The position numbers were made by a program, and so were the translations under genes. Below the pieces are notes generated by a model, which had not been told where the DNA came from, searched no databases, and saw nothing but the letters and a program-made list of their open reading frames with translations. From Syncephalis fuscata S228 (taxonomy: Eukaryota > Fungi > Zoopagomycota), in contig JAHLTZ010000075.1 of NCBI GenBank assembly GCA_025786725.1, positions 1 through 47,216 on the forward strand: a stretch of 47,216 nucleotides of DNA, given 5' to 3'. Below, piece after piece: positions 1 to 10,919 of the stretch. Every line of letters begins with the position of its first letter. The stretch's first letter is position 1.

Positions 1-252
1 TTATAACAAATAACCTTTATTGGCATTATTATAACTTTGATTTAAGAAGACGTGGAACACTAGCCGTTTGCTAAATTAAATCTATTTATTTATATAAGCT
101 ATATTTAAAGTTGTTTTATTATAATTAATAAAGGAAAAAGGCTAAGCAATTATATGTTTGTATATTAATATTAAGCATTTGGTTGGAGAAATTTCCTAAA
201 GGTTTATTTAGGAAGAGAGCTGTACAAATATAGTAAACACCTGAGCTTGAGT

Positions 253-997
253 TCATCGCCGTTTGCGTGCAGTGGACTCTTCTTCTTCCCTGCGTCGTTT
301 GCGTTCCCGTTGAGCTAAATGCTTAAGTGTTTAAATAAAATTATATTAAAGATATTTAATTTTTTACCAATCAATTCCTCGAATCTACGTATCATCATTG
401 ACACGCGAATATCCTCTGATTTTGAAAATTTGCGTGGTGGAGGTCGTGGCATGATTCTTTTAGACTCCATTTGTTTTAGTATGCATTTGCATATGGGCTT
501 TTTCTCGTATTCTTCTTTTGCTAGCAATAAAGTATGTTTGTTAGCTATTGTAACTAATAAAAGCGTTTTATTACCTATCAGTGGTGATCTTTTGCGTTGT
601 GACACGTTTTTGTGCTCACAAGTGGGTAAAACGGCTTGCTGTGTGCCCTTCAGCCTGGCCACTGGCGCCTTGTTTCTATCATGAAGAGAGGTTAGCTTAG
701 TGTGTCAGTAATATTGCTTACCTGTTTGCCTGATCGGCGTGATACTGGTTGCGCTATCGATCGTGATGAACGCGATAAATCAAAAGAACAACTGTTGTTT
801 TCCTTGCTCTTCAAAGCTTGGTCAACTTCCTTGTCATTTGCAACTTGGTCGTCTTCGTTGCTCTTCAAAGCTTGGTCAACTTCCTCGTTGTTTGCAACTT
901 GATCGTCTTCGTTGCTCTTCACAGTATGGTCCTTGGCAGTACAGCTTTTTGTACGGCCAGCAATAGAGCTGTTGGCGGAGTCGGAGATAGTAGCCAT
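253..997 (-). CDS. Spliced orphan gene: acidic 18-aa repeats (2 units), basic C-terminus AQRERKRRREEEESTARKRR
   Basis: ATG at 997, upstream TATATAAA on the minus strand (~1122-1129), three GT..AG introns, last exon ends at TGA 253-255. The intron-1 acceptor is ambiguous: AAG keeps frame, while the nearer TAG gives an early stop. Confidence 0.6.
814..921 (-). repeat. 54-bp coding tandem repeat, 2 units (KSNEDDQVANNEEVDQAL)
   Basis: Units 814-867 and 868-921 read directly. Confidence 0.95.
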
Positions 998-2834
998 ATT
1001 GATTTTAGATGTTCAAATAAACAAAAAGTGAGAAAATTCTTATGTGCAAGTGTGCAAACAAGTAGGCAGGAGAAGTGAACTAAACAGAAAAGAGAAAAGA
1101 AAATGTGACTTGTGTACGCGTTTATATATTGGTGAACAATAAAAATTGGAAGCAGTAGCCGAAATTACCTACATATTTCATTTGCACAATTCAGCCAGTA
1201 AGTTAAGCCAATTTTCTAAGTAAAACCACTAGTTTGCGACAATAAACGTCATTAAACCGGGCAAGATGCGATAGGCAATGCCAATACAAAGCAATTGGCT
1301 TTTTTATATTTTAGTGCTACATAAAAATATGATTTCAAGGGAAAAGCCGCGACTAATGACGCTCAATCTATTTGCTATTGAGTGTGATTTGACGATGGGC
1401 TGATAAGGTCTCGTTTGAAACATTTACTAAAGCCATTGTCTATTTCAAAGTGGCGTTGAGTCATCGTTACAATGAGAAAAACGCGCTATACAATGTTTGG
1501 CAGCCTGCTAGTAGGAATATCGTTGTATTTATTGGCTTACAATTGTATTAATTGATGGATTCAATTCATTGGATAACGCTGAGTGCTCGTTTCTGCGCTA
1601 AACGCACGCATGTGTGCCTACATAACATATTCCCCATCAAAACACATAATTTTAATTACGTCTTTGATTTTACATTTATTCTTTAACTAATTAGCAGTTG
1701 CATTCCACTATTTCATATGTTCGCAAATTACAATGTTTAGTGGAATTTACAGCTTTATATGACACACTGTAACTGCTTGCTTGTGAAACCACGCAATATA
1801 CAACTGCTCGGCATACTTTAAGCTGTCTAGAAGACGTACTCAGCCGCTATAAACTCTTGAGATCTTCGGTGGTACAACGTCAAACAACCTAATCTATGCT
1901 GTAGACCACTTTGTTTATTGTATGGTGGTGCTTGTATAGACACTCAGGTGTGCGTATATACATATCACTATTCCTTGATTGCGGGTGATGTTAAGCAGTT
2001 GTCATAATGGCACTGTTGTTTTAGCAGCTAAAGCGTCTTAATTGGCACAACTTTGGTTTAAGGCGTTATACTGTTTGTGCCATCTAAGTTGTTATCTTCA
2101 ATTGAGTAGAAGTGACGATGTGATTGTGTTGGCTGTATAATATCGCAACAGTGTGCTATTGCACTGCTGTTATTGCATTCTAGATCTCTTGTTTGTGTGT
2201 AGATGGCCTAGACGTGGGTATGGCTCAGCGCTATAGGTTGGGAGTTTAGGCCATCAACATATTAAATAAGCACTGTTTAGCATTGCATTTTATTATGTTT
2301 GTGATTACAGATACGATATTGGTATGTATAAACTTTACTAACTAGCAAGCCATTGGCTATTTCACGTTCTGATATAGCTGTTGTTGTAGACTTGCTGCTT
2401 TTTGTCTTTATTTTCTATTTATATTGTATACTTGACTGCAAGCTAATAAAATGACACGAACTCAAGTGAATAGTCAAAGAAAGTGCATGGATATTGATGA
2501 TAAAGTATCATATATGTACATGTGTATATGACAAAGTGAACCAATTTGAAATTTACGAATAATATAATTAATTATAAAAAGCGATTTTATAGTAAAATGT
2601 GAAATGTTATGAATGAATGAGCAAAAGAACAATGCATGAATAATGCTAGTAAAATTATAGTTTGCGTGGCTAAGTGAGCACAATAAATTGCAATCTATAA
2701 CAGATACAGCAGGCAATAAACAGGCGGCTTTTATTAATCTTATGTAATCAGTAAACAATAGAATGATCTACAGTAGAATGAATATACAATAATAAAGGCC
2801 CAGATAATGTGTTAAGTTATGGTGCATACAACGC

Positions 2835-3180
2835 AATGAATGGGTTGAGTGAAGTGTAATGGAACATATAAACAATAGAATGTGTCTAGTATATATAAAT
2901 GATATATGATAGTGTAGGATATAATGGAAATGATATAGGTGAAATGCATACTGGATAATAAATCTACAATGATGAGTATTTGATGATTGATGTCACTCAC
3001 CACCCACCATCATGTTCAATAAATTTAATAACATTCAATTTAATTATTTGACCATTAGATTATACTATACTGTGCTGATGTGGTGATTAAATAAAATTCA
3101 CCACTTGCTCCCATGTTCAATAGAACAAATATGTAGTTCAAATACACAATGTTATCAAGTTCAGTCATTTAGCCCCAAGT
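2835..3180 (+). repeat. Dispersed repeat R copy (internally duplicated CACCAC..CATGTTCAATA..TCATTT subunits)
   Basis: Shares gatgagtatttgatgattgatgtcactcacc..catgttcaataaattt with 36874-37092 and the RC of 32580-32799. Segment 3088-3178 matches the RC of 36194-36283. Confidence 0.85.
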
Positions 3181-4350
3181 TCACAGTATAATTATAATAA
3201 ATTGTTAATAGTAAATAAAATAATTGATTAAATAAATGGTTGATGTTACTGTTTAAATAAAGCGTACAGTTGCATTAAATGCAATTGTAACCTAACTATT
3301 TAAGTGTCAGTATTTCTTTAACCAAATAAATAATGGTGCTTTAATTTTAAAACAAATGCTAAACATAAAAATTAAACAATTTCTAGCAATAAAGCCATTA
3401 CTATAATATTATGTTGCTTTAATAAACACTCATATACTTTTTTGTTAAAATTGTTTCAGTTCAACATATACACTTCTCTTTTTACTGCCACTACAGCTGT
3501 ATTTAATTAATATAATAAACATGCATTAGCAATACCAATTAACACTTGACTGGATAAAAAACCAAATAAGTATATATTCGTCTCCATTTGGAAAACCATG
3601 CCAAGTGATAGCATCAACAACAATGTATAATACTACTGTTGATACTTGTGCTGATGAAAGCAATAATTGATATTGTAAATTGCGTGCAAAATGATGATAA
3701 ATGCGATCCAGATAACTTGTCGATTTGGCACCAATATTTGAATGACTATATTAAATATTTGTTATTATTATTTAATAGTAATAAAACGCTTACATATAAT
3801 TGACTGTTGTCCATATGTGATTTATAGTGCACATATAATGTAATTGTTGTTTGGATATTATTATTATTTGTTATACATATAATAAATAAATGTAAAAGTT
3901 GTTAATCATGATGATCGTCTATTATAGAAACTATGCGTCCACCTGGAATGCTGACAATACTACGACTTGGGCGTAAGTAACATTGTCAAAAGCACATAGC
4001 CCTATACTAGCTTTCTATCAAGATGACAATACGGTTTATTAAACGATATGATATGCAGCAATAAACATTACTAACTACTGGTTCACCCAATTGTAGCTAG
4101 CGTGTAAAGCTAAGCGTATGAACACTATTGCATATTATGATTAAAAAACAATATTATCATATACTGCTGCATTATCAAATGGTCACAATATAACCAGTAG
4201 TGGTATATCATTTAGCAATACCGCGCAGAAACATTATCGCACGAAGTTCACTACTTAATTCGCGTAGCTCGCAACACGGCGTTTAAATGATATGATACTA
4301 ATGAAGTTATACTGTGATTCATTTAACAACACCTACAAGTAAACAGTATA

Positions 4351-4744
4351 GATATACGTTCGCCTATTACAGGCGTTCACATACCACATCCGGTCTAGTG
4401 TGTTATGGTAGTATTCAGCAAGTTAATTCTACCCCACACCTCCAGCGCGCGCTCAATGCAAATAGGCACTAGTATATGGCCACCCATTACAGGCGCACCG
4501 CCTTAACATGAGGTGAAGCACAGCAAAACTATCCAACTTGCTAAATAATGTTGCAGCCACTCCCAATTTCCACATGCATCCGCACTACACTAGTATACAA
4601 CCGCCTATTACAGGCAACTGTGTAATACCGATCCAGTATAATACAATAGTCTGCAATATTATATTACACACACAATATAGCCCAAAAGCAAAAACACAGT
4701 ATCTCACGATCAACCAGCAAGGGATCATATGCCACCGGATGTAG
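4351..4744 (+). pseudogene. Decayed coding relic with a ~40-aa (120-bp) period, motif I-x-(P/S)-P-I-T-G
   Basis: cc(t/c)attacaggc at ~4363, ~4483 and ~4604. Units 1-2 are in frame, with internal TAG/TAA stops and one frameshift. Confidence 0.5.
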
Positions 4745-5772
4745 CTACTAAACCTGATGGTATACCATTAACAAACAGCTTACAGTACATTAACAACTAG
4801 AACAGGAGAAGGCGAGGTAATGAGCAAAAGTAATTTCAACACAACCTTATAAACTTATTTCAAAACATATCTACCAATTAGAATGGATTATATTGGTAAA
4901 GAGTATGTGACAACTGTTTATTGGCGTATTGCAACTGACTGAAACCTTCTAATGTCAGATACCATCTTATCAGTATATTGGATTATAATCCCTTCCTTAT
5001 TTCCATATTTGCTCACTTTTTGCCTTCCATTTGCCGGTCATTTCCGCGCATAATCAGCATATCTACACTGGCTAGTTGAATCAATTGGCCAATGCAACTG
5101 AAACATAGCCAAATGCAACCATTCTTAATCAGTTGTACCACTACAATAGCGGCTCTTCCAATGCTATCAATATTGTCAGGGTCTAGCGGGTATTTTGCTT
5201 TCCCCCAAGTATTCTTGCCATTTTGCACACAATTAAATCAGTCGATCCACACAATTTATTACTGTATTAGTTAAATAAAAATGACTATTTCTTTAGAAAT
5301 ATGGTCTATAACATAATTCCTCGATTGAGTTTCAATGCTACTAAATAGAAATAAAATACATGTTCATATTACATTACAAAGTCCGTTAAAGTTATAAAGT
5401 AAAAACAGGAATAAACACGTAACCATATCGACTGCAAAGGCCAACATGAAAACCAGTATGATGTGGCACATGCATGCTTAGCCAAGTGACTATATAAAAT
5501 ACCGATATGCACAATAGTTTGCTATACAGCTTAGGACTGAGCTATAGCATCAGTAAGCAGAACATACTACAAGTATAATGCTATTAATTGTAAATAAAGT
5601 ATTATTGTTTATTACCTTCAATACTGCTGATACTATATATTGTGTATCTTTAAATTTATGGACAAGGCAATACGTTGAGTCTTTTTACTTTACTTGTTCT
5701 TTTCATTTTACTTTTAAGCTTTACTCTTTTATTGAACAGCTATTATCGTTTTTACTTGATACTCACAGCACC

Positions 5773-8092
5773 ATGAGTTCAACTATTGAAACGCTACCCA
5801 ATGCTACCCCCACGATCCTCGTTCCTACGCCGCAGCCAGCCGCGCCTGCTGCGGCTGTAGCCCCTACTGAAGCGCCATCAAATTCTTTAGAAAATGATGG
5901 CATGTTTCATGCAAAGCTTCCAGCTTGCTGGGATGCTTTACTAGAAGAAGAGCGCCAAAGCGCTACTGGCTGGGTGGAAGTGTATGGAGCTACACCACAA
6001 GGTATGTTAAAGTAGTATTGAGCGTACATCCATCTAAACAATAGCTGTCTAGAGTTTATCTTGGCTGCCAGTCAAGAATTTACCGTTGGGGCCAGCCAAC
6101 AATCGTAAGTAGCATTAATATCTACATAAAGTATTAAACTAACAATATGCCATATGACAACTAGCAACTATCAATTAAACGCGGATAGTTTGCCGCAAGT
6201 TTGCTTTAAAGTTTCAGCAGTAAGTAGACTATATACTACAATGAGCTAGACTAACCATAAATTATCATAGAACGACAACATCGTCAAATGCACGGTGAGT
6301 AAATGTCAATTTGATTTTTTATTACTAATTATTAGTTTAGAACCTGGGTTTGGAAGAGCTTAAAGGTTAGTTTGTATAAATTATAGGCATTGTTATTAAC
6401 ATTTGGTTTAGTAAATCGTTTTACTTTAGCTAAGAATTCAACCGAGCAGCATGCCGATAATTGCTTTATTGCAATTCCTGGGTGTGAAAGTAAGTATTAG
6501 CTATTATTACTATTGTTTTTAATTATGAAATATAGCAACTTTCACCGCCCACAGTTTGAAACTTACTGGTTCCACACCAGTAGAGGATAGTGCTGAATAT
6601 GAACAAGTAAGTTTATAAATATAATTGGATGTTAAAATAACATATTTATTGCCACTATAGAAGGTTCATCAGCATTACATAATTCTTAATGGACCTCTTG
6701 GCCAGTAAGTATTAAATTGAATGCAATAATTAATTAATTAATCAAGTATAATAGGGGACAGTATGGCGTGGTGCGTGTAGGATTGAACCGCAACACACGA
6801 CAACGTGTTGCGGTCAAAATTTCACCGCGTAATTGCAACTTCAGAAGCTATAGCAAAGAAGTTAGCGCGCTGCATGAGGCGGGGGACCACCCTCATGTAG
6901 TAAAATTATTAAAGGCAGAGTTCACCGACCTTAACACGTACTTGTTTATCGAGTACGCGACAGGCGGTGATCTGAGCAGCCACATTGGGCGCCACTCCCC
7001 CCTTCCAGAAATGGAAGTAAAACATATTTTTAAACAGTTGCTTAAAGGCATTAAGGTAAGTATTGCTATAATCTAATAATTACAACACTAACATTGTATT
7101 AGCATTTACACGACAAAAATATTATTCACGGTGGTAAGTATATTTATTTATTCGTTAATGTAATTACTAACTATTGTTGTTTGATTAGATATTAAGGTAA
7201 TGTATTTATTTAATATTAGACACCATTACTAACACTTGGCTAGCCTGAAAATATTTTATTGTCGACACACTGTGCTTATCCCAGAGTCATGTTTACCGAC
7301 TTTGGGACAGCACAGGTGCTAGATCCATCGATGGTGCTCGCTTTCTGCGGCACCATCCCATATATGGCACCAGAAATGGTGCTATACAGCAATCAACGGA
7401 GATGTATACTGAAAAGTGCGGAAGCCTTTCCAGCTATCCATCGCCGGTTGACATCGCCGCCATTCGATGTGAATGGGTACAGCAAGCCCATAGACATGTG
7501 GAGCTTGGGCACCACGCTATACGCGATGTTAACGCGTAAGTACAAACAAAATAAACATATTATACTAACTATTAATTGATATGATTAGAACATTTTCCGT
7601 ATGGCAAATCAAAGGAGCTGGCTAATCATATTCAAAATATGTTAACGTGGCCTCTCAATTTTGGCCAAGAAACAGATCGACCCAGCGATGAAGGTAAGTT
7701 GAATACATATTATTAATAATAGCTAACATTGTGCAGCTGTCGATCTTGTAAAGCGTCTACTGGATATTGATAGTAGAACGCGTTATACCGCCGATCAAGC
7801 ACTAAACCACGATTGGTTTAATGAAGAGCAAGAACAAGAACAAGTCGGTACCGCTGTACCGCTTGAAAGCGCAGGTTCAGCTCAAGTAGTAGATGGCGCA
7901 ATAAAAGTGCCATCTGAGCCAGCGGTAACGGTAGAAGCTCCGCTGGCAGAAGAAGTAGTGCCAGCGACAGAAGTGAAGGCGCCGCTGGAGGAAGAAGCAG
8001 CACCAGTTGCAGAAGTGCAACAGCAACCGGTATTTAAGAAGCGGGTGCAGCCACATCGTCAGGCCCGTCTCGGCAAGAAGTATTATAGATAA
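5773..8092 (+). CDS. Ser/Thr kinase, CAMK group, Mek1/Chk2-like layout with degenerate N-terminal FHA-like domain; non-RD (HGD)
   Basis: 14 exons join in frame: 5773-6001, 6053-6104, 6165-6219, 6271-6294, 6341-6365, 6412-6489, 6536-6606, 6661-6704, 6755-7055, 7103-7133, 7189-7196, 7244-7535, 7589-7693, 7737-8092. Motifs GQGQYG, VAVK, HGDIKPEN, DFG, GTIPYMAPE, DMWSLG and R.TA.QAL.H.W. Confidence 0.92.
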
Positions 8093-8269
8093 AAGGTAAG
8101 CAATCGCTAACAAACAAACAAATCATCATACTAATCGTTTAAATATTTAGATGGCAGTATATTGTTTGTTTATTACTCGTTTGTTTATTTGAATAACTAT
8201 ATAGTTTTTTATTTAGTATATAAAGCATTGTTTTCTAATGTGGTGAGAATTGATATGTCTTATAATAAT

Positions 8270-8970
8270 GATTTTGGTGTCAAATGACTTTTATTCTTTT
8301 ATTACATTCGCTATTATACTGACAACATGTTCTATAATAATGAGTGTTTTTTGGGTGCGAATGACCTTTATTCTTAATGCATTATTGCTTCACTTGTTGT
8401 TCTATGATGTACCGACATGTTGGGTGGATTGACTTTTATTATTTCACGCTCCATTTATTAATCAATTAAACTCGGCTGTTTATAAATATTGACTGACAGG
8501 CTCCACAGCTCACAATCTACGTCATCGCATTCCCCTTTCTCTTTCTTTACACTTGATAGCATATATCCATTGCATATACTTGTACACTCTATATATGCTA
8601 ATAGATAGTGTAGTAGTTGACTGACTACTAGTTATGTACAAAACCTTTACACTATGTCCTTGCATTGCTATTTGTAATTACCTTCATTGCTCCAATCATT
8701 GGCATTGGCAGCTTTATTGACACGGTAGGTACATTTCTGGCTTATTTTTATGTTGTGTAAGATATATGCTGCGTAATCTCGTTGTATGGTTTGTTTTATT
8801 ATAGATTACTACTGCAAGTTGTCTGGCAATAGCTTTGCAATCTCAACAATAGCAGTGCGATCTGTTACTATTGAAACTGTACAAACTGCTGCTAGTACGA
8901 TCTGCAGTGACAATCTATAGCAAACTAACAAGCACAGTAATTTTGGCGACATATAACCATCACAGGCATA
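8270..8970 (+). repeat. Diverged inverted paralogue of 45050-45620 (gene relic or small-ORF locus)
   Basis: Shared blocks such as ccaatcattgg..ggcagctttatt, ggcaatagctttgc and tacaatctacgtca-like sequence; clearly more diverged than A or B. Confidence 0.85.
8634..8720 (+). CDS. Candidate 28-aa small ORF MYKTFTLCPCIAICNYLHCSNHWHWQLY
   Basis: ATG, frame and stop position are conserved with 45265-45369 across an 18-nt indel. Confidence 0.3.
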   Translation: MYKTFTLCPCIAICNYLHCSNHWHWQLY

Positions 8971-9364
8971 ATGTACAACTGCTATACATATACATCAACA
9001 TAGTAGTAGGCTGCACTGCCAATATAATCACTAAACAAGTTTTTAGCGCTAGTACAGCAGTGCAATCTACTACTATAACTACTTTTGTATATATACTGCA
9101 ATTAACACAATGACTGTATTGGTGATCTATGGCAAACTAAAGTACACAACAGCCTTAGCGGCATATAGACTGTTTACAGCACTAAAGTTATAATCACCTA
9201 AAACAGCTGTGGCTGCATCAGGCTATATGCTAATCCATATGTATAATGACAGCATAATAAGCGATAGTAGTATTAAATCGATAACTATTACGTTTTACTG
9301 TTATTATAGTATAGTTAATAATAATCCATATCATTATTGTTACTGTAAAGTATTTAAAGCATCA

Positions 9365-9465
9365 TATTTTGATAATTGATGTTACTCACCGTCCAGTTCC
9401 ATCCTTAATAAAAAGAATATTTAGTTTAATTACGCGAATGTTATTAATTGTAGTCATTTGATTAT
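9365..9465 (+). repeat. Degenerate R copy
   Basis: gataattgatgttactcacc and gaatgttattaattgtagtcatttga match the R core and R end. Confidence 0.65.
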
Positions 9466-9655
9466 TAATAAAACCCACCACACAGTTTCACGTTGAACAT
9501 AACAAGTGTGTGAGCATAGTTGTATGGAGCGTAACAAAGTATCATTTGACATCAAAACTAAATATAGCCATAGAACAATGACAGCATTAATAAGTATTCT
9601 AAATGGATTACTATCCAAAGATTATCGTTGCATAATGCTTTTGAGTCAATTAACG

Positions 9656-10512
9656 TAAAGGTGTGGCACATCAACATGCTCAGAAAGGCAAATCAATGAC
9701 CTGCTAACTTGTATAAATAAAAATTACTTTAATGAGTCATGATGTATATTGCTACTTATCCAGCTTATAAGCAACAACCGTGGCTGATCGACCAAAGTGT
9801 TATGCAAGTGTAAAATATGTATATAAATGCAAGCAAGTGATCACACTTAATGTGGCTACATCACTTACCAAACAAGTTATATACTAACCGGCCAAACTAC
9901 TCAACCGAATCTATTAACAATATCTTTTAATTCATAAACACTTATCTAAAGTCAGACTTGAGCACCTAGTAATTAATTTCATGTTCTTTCTTTTCTATCT
10001 TAGTATTATTGTGTACATTGAACCAAATACTTATCCATTTAATAAATTAATTAACTTACTACACACAATCAATCTGGGGCTTTACACTAACTTCAAACAT
10101 TGTGTTTTATCCAACCTATCTAGCTACTTGCTTTATTTTGTTTTAGATTCTGCTTTTCAACACACGGATGCTTCGATGGTTTGGGATGAGCATGCTAAAC
10201 AGCCCAATTTGGTCACAGTGTCATGCAGAAAAGATTTTCTTTGCTAGCGTTGACTGTTTTTAGTAAATATAAACAACTATTAGTGTGAACTGGTGTCATG
10301 GTAAATACATTTTATACTGTTCTAAAAATACCGGATAGCATGAAAATAAATGGCTACGGCCTTAGTTGTGGATATTCAAGTTGAATGATTATTTATAGTG
10401 GCGGATTGGTCGTACAATTGAGTAGCAGATGTCAGTGGATTGACAAACGACCCCTATACATTTATTCGCTTGATACACGGGGTTCTTCATACAATGTCTT
10501 GACGACAATAAC
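9656..10512. repeat. Inverted segmental duplication B, left copy (partner 46356-47216); contains a spliced pseudogene-like sequence on the minus strand
   Basis: RC of 46356-47216 matches nearly exactly. True left extent is unknown because the partner runs off the window. Confidence 0.97.
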
Positions 10513-10919
10513 AATGAGCCTGCAGTAGTAGTCTTTAAACTATTAATAAGAGTATCGATATTCGCTATTTGATCTTTTCTGCTACAAAAAGGTAATTTTG
10601 TGCGTATAAGTTTTATTAAGATTCTTTTTTTCAATTTGTATGTGGTGACAGTGTAAGCATTCTCCCTCTCTTCTCCTTATACTGTAACAGCCACACACAC
10701 ACACTTATCCATTTATCAACTCACTCACTACTCACTACTTACCAGTCAGCTACGCTCAATCTTTTTTCATTTGTTACTTATCTGCATCAATAATTATTGT
10801 TACTGCTACTACGCAGTAATAAAAGCGTTACTGGCTGTTTATTTAACAATATCGATTACTGCAGCACCAAAATCATATCGTTAAATAGATAACTCCGCCA
10901 TATAGACAACTCCGTCACT

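Larger units (their letters stand above)
1..3066. repeat. Inverted segmental duplication A, left copy (partner 32567-36062); may extend left of the window
   Basis: Reverse complement of 32567-36062 matches almost base for base (window start ttataacaaataacc = RC of 36048-36062). Differences are scattered substitutions, small indels and the 54-bp unit number. Confidence 0.97.

Noticed and set aside
2474-3003. Hydrophobic ORFs in the repeats (also 32879-33163, 36750-37043, 9981-10247, 46619-46855)
   Set aside because: I/F/Y/L-rich translations of AT-rich DNA, mostly with non-ATG starts; conservation only reflects recent duplication.
4340-4650. Repeat-spacer (CRISPR-like) array
   Set aside because: Only three degenerate motifs, ~92-bp spacers and a codon-multiple period; a coding relic explains it better.
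10449-10486. Helitron 3' hairpin at the end of duplication B
   Set aside because: Only a short acccc/ggggt stem with a long loop and no CTRR terminus.
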